This document shows, one piece after another, positions 52,510-64,000 of a stretch of DNA of 64,000 bases. Under the pieces are notes generated by a model that was not told the DNA's origin, searched no databases, and worked only from the letters and a program-made list of their open reading frames with translations. Origin of the DNA: Epiperipatus broadwayi. Taxonomy: Eukaryota; Animalia; Onychophora. Each line of letters starts with the position of its first letter. The stretch's first letter is position 1. Where the stretch lies: contig JAQFVV010000009.1 in NCBI GenBank assembly GCA_028023455.1, positions 1,550,001 to 1,614,000 of the forward strand, written 5' to 3'. A program made the translations under genes and the position numbers.

Positions 52510-55500
52510 ACTTTCTTGATTAGATTCAGATATTTTTAATTTAATGATTAAATAAAATAATCATTTACATATAGTAATTAGCTTTATGGAATACAACCCC
52601 TCATTATTTGTAATATATATAAATATATATTTTTCAAAAGTTTTAATTTTTTTTTTCTCTCTCTCTTTTGAATAGCATCCATATTGATTTATTGGGGGGT
52701 GAGATTGATATTAATTTTCAGTAACACCTAATAAGGTCCCTGTTCTGATATGAAATATAGCATAGTGACGTTGTTTTTCTCATATGCTGAAATTCATGGT
52801 TTGCTTTTCTTCTAAAATCTTGACAAAGAACTTTACTTTTGGGTCACACAGCTAATTAATATCTACATATTTATGGGTCATTCATATTAATTAGTCATTT
52901 GCAATATATCTTCACTGGCTATTGTAAATAAAGAAAGAGAGGAAAAAACTATATATTTTTTTTCATTCATTTATTTATCAAATCACGATATAATTTTAAA
53001 ATAACTTCAAAATTATTTGTTTCCATAACATTTTGTAATGTGGTTTTTCCCTACAGTTTTTTTCCTCTCTTCATCAGTCCTTTTTTAAAATCAAGAATAT
53101 TAGTTATTTAATTCTATTTTTCAGTTTACTTATATTTTTCTATATAACTTTCAGGCTACTCAAAGTTAATAGTGTTAAATATATTTAAAAAGACTTTAAT
53201 AGAAGTGTTTACAAATGAACATGGAAACAATAATCCCAGAAAGCTTTATTAGTTTTTTTTTTTTTTTTAACTAAATGCTTTCTTTTCTGGTAAACCTTAC
53301 AATACAAATTCTGAAAATTCTTGAGCAGCAATCCATTTTATTATTTTTTTAATGCAATAATTTACTATAACGAGACTGCGAATAATCATTAAAATCATAC
53401 TATCTTTGGTTTTTATTTCAATAATATGATGATGCGATATAAAATATATGTATATTTTACTTTATATTTAAAAATGTTTAATTTTTTTATTATTATAATT
53501 TACGTTTTTAATTCATTTTTATTGTTGCTTAAATTATATTTTTTTATTTTAAGCGATATGAAATTGAATTGTAATATTTATTTACTTTATTTATTTAAAT
53601 ATATCAAATTTATTAAGCGTAAAGTTTATGTTAGGGGTAGACAGATTGTTTCAGTGATTTTTTTGTTGTTGTTATAATTATATGATTTGAATGCATTCTT
53701 TGTGAATGTTACTACTCTAAGCATGTCATTCACTATGTTATTGATAAGCATAAATCTCTCTACGTGCACACCATAGATTTGCCCCACTACATTGTTTATA
53801 TAAAACTCAATAATGGGGCTATTTTGAAGTGCCATTATTTTTCTTTTTATTAATTTCTAGCAGTTGTTTTTTCTTTATCTGGCTATCATAAAGTGTCAGA
53901 CTGCACCAAGATGATATAAGCCCCAGACAACCTTCTTCCCACTTTATACAGGTTTTCTCTGAGTTTTAACTGCACCAATCTGCTATATATCAGTGTAATA
54001 TATTCACCTTACCAGCTGTATCTGCATGAATATTTATTGTCTTGAATAAAATTCAACATTATAGTGAAAACTTAACAAAGATGAGTTTATTAATTCAATA
54101 TTAACAAACATACATATTTAAACAGTGATACAAATACAGTTATAAATCTTCTCATAGTAAATACACTTCATTAAACATTAGGTTAGATTTAATATATCTA
54201 TATCTCTGTATATGTGCTAATTAGCATATATCTTTAACTATGTACAAATATTCTAAACACCCTCATTTCTTAATACATCTCTCTGATTGCACTACCATCT
54301 CTCATTTTGTTCAGTACTGTATTGCACTACTGTAATATATACTGTCACATACACTCTAAAGCATGCTGATTTCTGCTGTTTTTATTACATCTTGAATAAT
54401 CTGCATAATTAGTGTACATTTTTATTTAAATGCACATCTTGCATACATTAATTTTCTTGAGTGTTAACAATGGGGGGGGGATTTATACAATTTCCCATCT
54501 GATGAGTTATTACCAATAAACATAATAGCTTTACTTATATATGCATGCATGCACAAACAATATTATTTAATCAGATAGTACATATTATATCTAAAAAGTT
54601 TTAATTTTTTCTCAGACATAATAGTATGTTTGTATTGATATTTATGCTATCTACATCCTTGATGAAGTCAATAAAAAATAGTTGAAGCATTAGGAACAAA
54701 AAAAAAATATGCATATCCATAATGTTGTTTCTGAATTAGTAATAATAAATGGTTTTCATAAAAGAAAATAATGATTTGAACATTATTTTTAATTTATGAA
54801 CTGAATCAAAGTATTATTTTTCATTATTAAGAATATATAGATAAACATATCGAATTTGTCCTTTTGTTTCAGGTGCTAATCATGTTATTATTAACAGTTG
54901 TATTTGAGTATTTTTAAAAGTTTGGTTATTTGAAATTATGAACCCACAAAAATTTAAGAAACAATTAGTTCATGTACCAGAAATTTAAAGAGAAAAAATA
55001 TTGATTTTATTTCTACAGGCCCCATGGTAAACATTCAGAAATAATGTTTCTTTAGGAAGACAAATTTCAAAATGAAGTGGGTAGTTATAAATTTATTTCT
55101 TGAACAAAAACTATACATTTCCAATCCTGGTATGTTAAGAAAAATATTGTCTTCACATGCCATTAGAGCCATTTATTGCAAGCATGAGTAATCAATGAAT
55201 ACCATATGATATAGTGCTATAAAAATCCCATCTCCAGACTAACTGGATTTTAGAATTTGCCTTAATTAATAAAAACTAGAATTTAAAGCTGGAGTTAATA
55301 TTCTTATATATCTAGTAACCATCTTTTACTTCTGCAAATTATATACTTTGAATCCTAATCATTATTTTGCAATATTTTACTTTCTATTATCTACCACTTG
55401 GCAAGTTTTTAAACTTAAAAATTGTAATAATTCTTTTCTTAAATCTCTTAAATTATATGTCTTAAACTAATAAATTTTAATATTGCTTTTAATTTTTTTA

Positions 55501-57224
55501 ATTTCTAAAATCTACTGTTTAAATGCATTTACATCTATTCTTGATCATTAATAATTCAGAAATCTATTCTTCATATTTAAATGAACAGAATGTCAATGAC
55601 AAATCCATGATATTAAGTAATACATTTATAAAATAAAAGCTATATAATGTTTTAGTTTTTTTTTTTTTTTTAATTAAATTGGACTCATTGGATATAGATA
55701 ACTTCAGCAATGGCAAAGCTGAAACAGAGTCACAACTGAGTCTAGAAAAATAAATATCGCTTGTCTTCCAAAATATAAGAGTTCCACCAAGTGTATGTAT
55801 ACTGTCAAATATATTCTCTCTATATTTTATTTTTTTTTGCTTTATCAATGCATTACTCACCTCAAGTCTACCATATTGCAATCATTTATCAACTTAGAAA
55901 TTCAGACCACCATCTCTCCCCCTATGCTACTGCCTTTGTGAACATTATCAGTTCCAATTTTAACTGTTTCCCTTTTCTTTAGAAATGGTTGAACATCATA
56001 TATTAAGACAATGTGCAATGTTATCTGGTGTTTATAATAAACAAATCTTATAATAATGTAACGTACAATTATCCAACAGTGCTATATAAAATTATAAAAT
56101 CTATATTATTAGCAGACAGAAAAACTAGAATTTATCTGTTAGCCATTTACTCTCCATAACAAATATCATTGCTGTTTAATTATAAACGTTATGTTGTTGT
56201 GATATTTATATATAAAATTAGAGTAAGGTGTAGGTTGACAAATGATCGTTCTTCAATTTAGTATTAATTTTCAATAAAGATAAAGTTAAAAAATAACTTT
56301 CAATTTCCAATGATAAGTAAATATTTTTTGCTTGCATTTCCTAATAATATTTATAAATTATAATTACAAGCGTATTAAAAAAAAGTGCATAAAGATAAAG
56401 GAGAAACTCTCTAATCACTGATTTTATATTGAATAATCTGTTATTAGAAACTGATAATTTTCAAATTTTTAATAAGTTTTTATAAGCTCACAACTTGTCA
56501 GTATAGCACTAGCAATTCTGCACTTATATATATAAATGTCATTTTATACTAAAATCTATATTTCCTCTCATAGTCTTAATAAAAAGGCTATACAACTTTT
56601 TTTAAAATGTTTCTCTTGTATTCTTATATTAATTCGGTTCAGGTTTGCTGTTAATATCTAGGATTGATAGCAACTGTAAATGATATTTATTCTATCAATG
56701 ATTAATCTTTTCAATGTGCGTGGATGAAAGCAATCCTAAACTACATTTTATACTAGATTGAAATCATGAATAACAATAACTTAAATATTGAAAAACAATA
56801 TGTCTCTATTATAGTGTCATCTACAGTAAACTTGAATAGCTGTAATCATTAGATGGTAGTGCATTTAAATTCTTAAAATTGGTTTTTGGCTTTTGATTTT
56901 ATCTTTGATGTTTAGGAATCATTGCTGTAATTAATGCAATTATGAATCTAGAAATCATCTTTTACTCCATTTTACTACTCAGGCTTTGAATTTTAGATTT
57001 TTAACTTGAATAATCAAAATGGAGATAAATATGGTTGCTAGAAACATTACTTTTAGTTTCAAGCATCATTGATGAGACAAAGCCAAAAACGATTTTTGAA
57101 ATGCAGAATTAATCCCTAATTACTCAAACTTATAGATAAGACTAGAAAGCAGTGTTGTTATCATATACTGCATAAGATAAAAAATTGTGTGATTTGTTGT
57201 ATTTATTATTGAATATCAAATATT

Positions 57225-57650
57225 CAGTAAGGGGGCAATAATTTAGATAAAGATGAGAATGAAATATCAGAAACATTAGATATGTTGACAGTACCATGAT
57301 TATTGCTGAAAATATAAAAGAACTTAAATGTGAACAAGACAAAGATTATGATAGGATCAGCAGTGTTTTCAAAATTGACATTGGAGACAAAAACAGTAAG
57401 TAGTTAATAATTCTTGTCTTTTTGGATTATTCATCAACAGTAAAAGATCTAGTGATCAGAAGATTAATTGTAGACTAACTAATCTTGGATATAGGTGCAT
57501 ATTTTTGAAAGTGGAGCTCAGAATTGTTTGAGCATTGATGTTTTCTGTAGCTCTCTATTTATATAGATTTTAAAATGGATAGGAAAGATAATAGTGCTCT
57601 TGAATTGTGGAGATGATGAATACTTAGCAATTCCATGCAAAGAAAATTAA
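57225..57650 (+). mobile_element. Old RTE RT fragment
   Basis: NIRYVDSTMIIAENIKEL (NLRYADDT motif), NVNKTKIM and ALELW..RILSIP pieces in shifting frames. Confidence 0.6.
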
Positions 57651-57770
57651 AAGTGAATATTTGTTCAGATTAGATCTAAACTCTTTCTTGAAATTCAAAT
57701 GACAAAATTAATATTATTCTATTGTAGACTTATTTAGAAATCAAATTTATTTAAAAAGAGTATTAAAAAA

Positions 57771-57867
57771 GTCAAGTGTTGGTGGCCTAGTAGTTAGCAT
57801 AGCTGCTTTCCAAGCAGCTGGCCCGGGTTCGCTTCCGGTCAACGCATTTGACACATGACAAAAAAAA
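57771..57867 (+). mobile_element. tRNA-Gly(TCC)-derived SINE / tRNA pseudogene
   Basis: 57776-57846 closely matches eukaryotic tRNA-Gly(TCC), but has A58>C, a 1-nt T-stem deletion, and the family tail TTTGACACATG plus an A-run. Confidence 0.85.
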
Positions 57868-60588
57868 GGTCATGGGTGAAAGAAGAGAAAGATGATCAGC
57901 AATGATAATAATAGTTATTATCATCAAAGTAAGGAAGTACTTACCTTTAACAAATAATTCAACCATTAGAATTGCTATTAGTATGATGGCTGCAAACTAA
58001 TATTGACACAATGGTTCTCTAACAATAATAATACATTAAAAAAAAATACTGATATATTCAGCATAAACGTATGTTTTAGAATAGTATTGCGGCACTTTGT
58101 ATAAGTTTTAGAAAATCATTTGGTCACATTATTCTTCTAAAAAATATTGTAACATTTTTAAAAATATTTATAACCATAATAATATTTTATTTTTAGTTTT
58201 TATGTGCATCCTGTTACCACATTGATATCAAGTATAAAGTGGAATCATCCATAAATATTGAAGGTAAGAAAGTATTTGATAATTTAAAAAATTATGTTTT
58301 TCGTGAGAAGTGTATGAATAACAACTTAAAAAGATTTCAGTAATAAAAACTATACATATATTTTGTCGTATGCGCATGTGTGTAAGTGTAGATAAGATCT
58401 GTTAATAATGTTAGCAATAATGAAACTTGAAGAGTTTCAGCAGGATAACAAATTATATTTTTTATAGTCTTTTTAAAGATAATTAATCTTCGTGGATATC
58501 AAAAGTAAAAATAAAAGTGAAAAAAAATTTGACATATTACAAATGATTATAAAAAATATGTCTGACATAAATAATTATATATAATAATATTCACGGTTTT
58601 AACTATATATAACAATGTATTCTTATAACAAATTTTCTAATTGAACACAATAAGTGTGAAACAGATTAATTAATGCTTTGCTTAATCACATGTCTATCAA
58701 ATTCCATTGAAAACCCTTGTCTAAACAGCATTTGCAGTTCTACTTCCAAACTTGCTTCATCATCAGTAAAAATACATAATAAATCATAACCTTTATTTAC
58801 AAACTAATCAATTGATTCGACACTATATCTCACATCATGGCTGAGAATCCTATCTAAGAGTAAATGAAATAGTGAGTAATTAAAATAGATTTTAAATATT
58901 CTAAAAAATTTAATTTAAAGTAAACAATTTTTAGTAAAGTACTTTTCTATCTTTTTTTTCCACATACTGTAACCTTTAAAAAGCACTGATAGTTGCCAGA
59001 TGACAATACTTAATAAATCTCTACCCTGTGCTTTCTTACCCAAAATATCCAAATTAGTTGCAAGCTTATGGCTTTCCAATGAGGAGCTTTGGATTTTGAA
59101 ATAGTATAACTGGATCTTAAGATCTAATGCACCTTACTTCCAGCTCCTACCATTTAATCCCACATTATACTATCAAGCTACCATCCCAAACTAAAAACAT
59201 GTTTCCAATCTAGGCCAACTTGCTTGTTAGTCATATAGATCTGAATCCAGTTCTATTTCTATATATTAGGGTGTCCTTAGATTATTAAGCACTATCATTT
59301 GGTAATTATCATTGCTTTCTAAACCATACAGTAAATAGCAAAAAGAAGCAAATTTTTTAAAAGTAAAATCTAAAATATTATGTAATCAGCAGATTGTATA
59401 AACCACACATACATACACCAAAACGTCATAGATCAGAGTATTGCTTTGATAACACATTCTATTGGATAATGTTAAGCATTAATTGGTGGTTATTTGATTT
59501 TAATGCTATGTATGTTTTCTTCCCTATAAAAACCTTAATGTTAAAATAATTTAACTTTAATTGCAAGTGCTTATTTATTTGTAAATTCGTCTATCAAAAT
59601 AATAAATCCTGCACATAACTATACCCCACCCCTCCATTTATTCTGTTCATTGTTCTAACCTTCATAAAACTGCAACTATTCATTTTCTTTTAGTCATCAA
59701 TCCATTTTTTTTTCTTCCATCTCATCATTTTACCCTTCTTAGAACTTTTCAATATTTTCTTCATAATTTTTCTATTTAAGAATATATATATACAATTCAA
59801 TTTTTTATTTTATAATCTGCTCAATAAATTATTCAGTAGTAGTAATTAAATGGTTCACTACTTGGAAGATCATGTGATGTTTAAGTATCAGAGATCCAGA
59901 AAAATTTAAGTCTTGGGTCAATCACTCTATCACTGTGCTATTCCTTTTAATATTTCAGTATGAAAAATCTTCATCTTCTTATTTAGTTTCATAATTCTTT
60001 TTCAAATTAGCAATAAAAAAATTTCTTATCTTTTCATATCTAATTATCACAATAGATGCATATTGGTGAGATTTACATAAAATAGAATTAAATTCCTAAC
60101 CAATTAGAATATATTTGTGTAGATACTTATTACTTGTGTTAGTAAAAAAAACATTAATATTTATGATTTTTTTCTATCATTTTCAAATGAAATAAGTAAA
60201 ATTTCCTTTACGCATATATATATATATATTATATTTAAACTCATGACATTAAATAAATTTAATATTTTGTACTGGACATTTCCCTAAAACATTGTAGAAG
60301 AGTCATATAGGCATTAATGCCTTAAATCAGTATTTTGTTAATTAAAAAGTAATATTGGTTTTGGCAATAATACATATAAAATTCTGCTACCATTAGTCCA
60401 TGGAAATGTCCAACATATGATATATATATATAATAAAAATTCATATAACATTTTAATACTAGCCAAAACTAAACTTTACTAAAATTCTTCTACAACCATG
60501 GTTTCATCTAAATATGTATAAAAAATAGAAACAATACATACCGACTAGCTGAAATCTATATGAAATATTTGAAACACCCCATAGCGAC

Positions 60589-61349
60589 TTGTGTTTAGAC
60601 TAGATTATTCATATAAACACAATTAGTAATATATACATACAAACATACATTCAATTTATAAAATATTTACAATCTTTACATGATTAAGTAATGATGGCTA
60701 TACTCTGCCTGCTATTGTCTAGCGGGGTACAGCTACTAACTCTAATGTGAACGGTTAAAGAAGGGATTGTATGTACCCTTATAGATTTATCTACCAACTT
60801 CCAACTGTACTTGACAGCCTGCCTCATCAGTAGATATGACAACTCTTCATCTGTATTGACAGCTTGCCTTAAGTCATCTTTGATTCTAACAGTTTCCAAT
60901 CCTGAAATGTGGACTTGTTTTATTGTGTTAACTGTTAGCTTAAATAGCTATAGACTGGAGAATGACCATTGCTGTTCAGATTAGCAGGAGTTTTCTTCAG
61001 CCATATATGGAGAATTAGGTCACTGTTTTTCATGCTTAACAGTTGTTCTCTGGAGAACGCATATTGTCTTTCAGGTTTAACAGTCGTTCTCTGGAGACAA
61101 ACCATTTTTCAGGTTTGACAGTCATTCTTTTCCTTACCTTCAAAAAGGCTGCCTATTTTTTGTCAGATCCCCAATGTTAATAGAAACATTCAGATTCAGT
61201 GAGCATCATTGTCTATTGGCCTATTTTTGTCATTGGCTGTGCGTTATCTTTATATATATGCATTGGTTAGTGGCAATGAATGCTTAATCCGATCGCAATA
61301 AAAAAGGAATCTGGACTAGTCCATTATTTGAAGGCAAAGTAATATGATA
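60589..61349 (-). mobile_element. Solo LTR (family B)
   Basis: Minus strand TATCATATT..TTGCCTTCAAATAATGGACTAGTCCAGATTCC and GAGGCAGGCTGTC repeats match 38227; imperfect TSD GCGAC/GCTAC. Confidence 0.75.
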
Positions 61350-62274
61350 GCTACATTTTTTAGCTATACTCCCCCTTTAAATAAAGAAAGTTCGAATTTC
61401 AGCATTATACTGAAAAGGATAACTTTATTATTCCAACCACACTTCCCCTTTAAATAAAGAAACCTCAAATTTCATGACACTCGAGCTTTATTTATTTAAA
61501 AGGAGAGTTGGCTGGAATAATATACCTATGGGGTGTTTCAAATATTTTACATATATATATAATGAAATACAATGGTTTTTCCAACATTATATTTAGTTTT
61601 CAATATTGACTAATGAACCCAAACACTTAATAAACATTAAACATTTCAGCACCCATTACTTTATGTAAAGGGACATTGGAATGTTCATTAACAGTGTTTA
61701 AGTTTTTTAGTCAAGACCACAAATTACATACATATATAAAATAATCGTGTATGTATTCATAATCATTTTTATTTTAAAATAGAATTAATTAAAATGTATG
61801 CACAGGCAGAATATAATTATAAGTGTACTGTTGTATATAAAATAAGATTTTATTTACTCTAATTTATAATTAATGATGTTTATGAGCTTTGCATACTTAG
61901 TAAAAAAAAATCCATTGAAACTGATTCTATGAACCTTATATTGTCAAAGTTTACAATTCATAAAATGCATTATTATATATACCATCTTATTTCACAATTA
62001 GATAATAGAGTATATTTTGATGACCTGATTCATATTATTATAAAATATAGCAATGTAATATATTATTTATAAAGTTTTACAAAATTATAAGAATGTAGCA
62101 TTAAAACATGAAGTTGCAGTTCAATGTATATAAGAAAATAGTGTGATTAATAATAATTAATTAACAACAGTTTTCATACATTTTATTAACATAGATTTTA
62201 TTTCTTTTTTTAAAAAAGCTTATTTATAAATCGTTATTTCTAAAAGATTATGTTAAGTGTCTGCCTAGAAATAT

Positions 62275-62791
62275 TGTTGTGTTTACTATATGATTATAAT
62301 AAACACACACTAATAGAAATACATTTATAATATTTATTGATATAAACAAATATAAGAATGCATATCTATAATATATAAAATTATTAGCTTTGGCAAGGGA
62401 TGACATCTAGTTACCATGCAATTCTAGAAGAAAGAGACTTCAACAGTCCTTATAAGTTTACTATAACAGCTTGCCTCATGTCTGGTTTATGTCTAACAAC
62501 TTCCAGTTCTTATGTGGATTTGTCTCACTGCTCAACCATATAAATAAGGTATATACTGCCATTCAGGTCTGACAATAAATTATTGTAATGAATTGACTAT
62601 TTATAGCAAAGTTCCCAATCATAAAGAAAACAATCAGATTCACTGTGCATCATCACCTATGAGCCCATTCTTGCCATTGGATGTATGTTATCTATTTGTT
62701 CACCCATTGGTCTGGAGCAATGAATATTCAGTCCACTCAAGATAAGATGGAATCACTATTTTATTATTTGAAGGAGAAGTGAGATATAGCA
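62275..62791 (-). mobile_element. Older solo LTR (family B)
   Basis: Plus-strand ends TGTTGTGTTT...TATAGCA; internal similarity to family B; imperfect TSD AATAT/GGTAT. Confidence 0.65.
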
Positions 62792-64000
62792 GGTATAATG
62801 AACAAGATTTTTATCTTGACATTTATGCTTAGTGATAAAACATTAGGGTAGAATACATTATTACATTCTTCTAAAAATAATTGGTATTCTGGAGAAAGAG
62901 GGGAAAAATAAAAAATAACATTTCTAAATATTTTATAAAGGAATTAAGATGAATCAATCAGAAAAGATAAATTTAGCAAACATTTAGGTCATTGTAGGTG
63001 CACTTATGCCTATGAACATAATAGGGCTGATAATTTTTCAATGAGTTTTTCATAGAAAAAGATTAAAGCATTGGTATATTAGATAATGTAAGCTAGAAAA
63101 AGTCTGTAGCTTACAAATGTAAAATATTTTCTACTATTCAAAAAAATAGTCATCAATTTTTCTCTGTTGATTTTTGTATACACTTGGTTAAGTATGGAGA
63201 TAAAATATTACATGCTTCATAAAACTAACATACTATAGAAAACAATAAAGCTGAGAAAATATAATAATTATTATACAAATAAAAAATCTAAATATTTTTA
63301 AAGTTATTCATTTTGAATTTAAACATAAACTGCAAATTTTGGTATGCTAATTTTAAAATAGAATTTTTTAAAATTAATTTTAAATTATTCTACATATAAA
63401 TTCATTTTTAACACATTGATTATTTTTATTTTTTTTGTAAAAATCAAAACATATTGCTTGATTCAAACCAAATTATAAATAGAAGAAATCCATTTTAAAA
63501 AATCTTTTTTTTTACTAACTAAATAAATATTTGATTAGGTAATAATTCGTTTTCAAGTATTTATTTAATAATATTATTGATAGGATATAAGAGCAAATAT
63601 ATATGGTGGTCATGTGATGTTTATTGGTCAATTTATATCCACATGCTTATATATTATATGTATAAACATATACAGTATATTTATATGATCTTTTTTTTTA
63701 CAAACTAATATTACTAATGTAATTATTAATACTTTTATTTTTAAAATTAAAAATAGTTTTATTTTCTGAAGAATAAATATTTTCTGAAGAATAAATTTTA
63801 AAAAATTCATTGAGATGATTCATTTTGATATAATGTAAAAATGTAATTGTTAACAGTATTCAGATCCTAAAGGAATTTAAAAATAAAACTTTTATAAAAA
63901 AAATTGTAAAAAAAAACTATTTAAATCCTATTGCCATTTTGAAAATATGAATTTAAAGAGAAACTAATTAATTATCTACCACATAATATGATATGTGTAG

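Noticed and set aside
53626-53835. 69-aa minus ORF with protein-like composition
   Set aside because: No recognisable motif or splice context; needs a database search.
54499-54525. CTGATGAG-TTATT-acc-AATAA hammerhead-like start
   Set aside because: No GAAA box and no stem I/III; could be chance in AT-rich DNA.
55564-55990. ORF with hAT-dimerisation-like IFWKTSDIYFSRL, a LINE-endonuclease-like INDCNMVDL and a GAG|GTGAGT donor on the minus strand
   Set aside because: The motifs are too partial and mutually inconsistent to support any call.
57776-57846. Functional tRNA-Gly(TCC) gene
   Set aside because: It has T-loop A58>C, a T-stem deletion, D-arm changes and the SINE tail with an A-run shared by other copies, so it is treated as a SINE/pseudogene.
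130-63810. Most 60-100 aa ORFs in the supplied track as genes
   Set aside because: They are I/L/F/Y/K/N-rich translations typical of random AT-rich DNA, or antisense shadows of TE frames.

Overview
Very AT-rich, CpG-depleted eukaryotic (invertebrate-like) DNA. I found no intact host gene, bacterial operon or CRISPR array, and most entries in the ORF track are chance ORFs or decayed transposon frames. The window is mainly decayed retroelements: a ~7.6 kb Mag-clade Ty3/Gypsy element (22956-30595, minus), solo LTRs with TG..CA ends and 5-bp TSDs, RTE and L1/Tx1-like LINE fragments, Penelope-like elements (PLEs) and four copies of a tRNA-Gly(TCC)-derived SINE. Three observations stand out. (1) The Gypsy element contains an inverted internal block carrying a ~1.1 kb non-retroviral fragment encoding matrin/U1-type zinc fingers and an RS/RD-rich region, which looks like host-gene capture. 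(2) Minimal hammerhead-ribozyme-like cores (CTGATGA-stem-GAAA, eroded by CpG decay) recur in PLE ends, in several fold-back structures and in a 286-bp retrozyme-like insert. (3) The SINE has conserved complementary leader and trailer sequences that extend the tRNA acceptor stem. All family assignments come from motif recognition by eye, not database searches, and identity estimates are rough.
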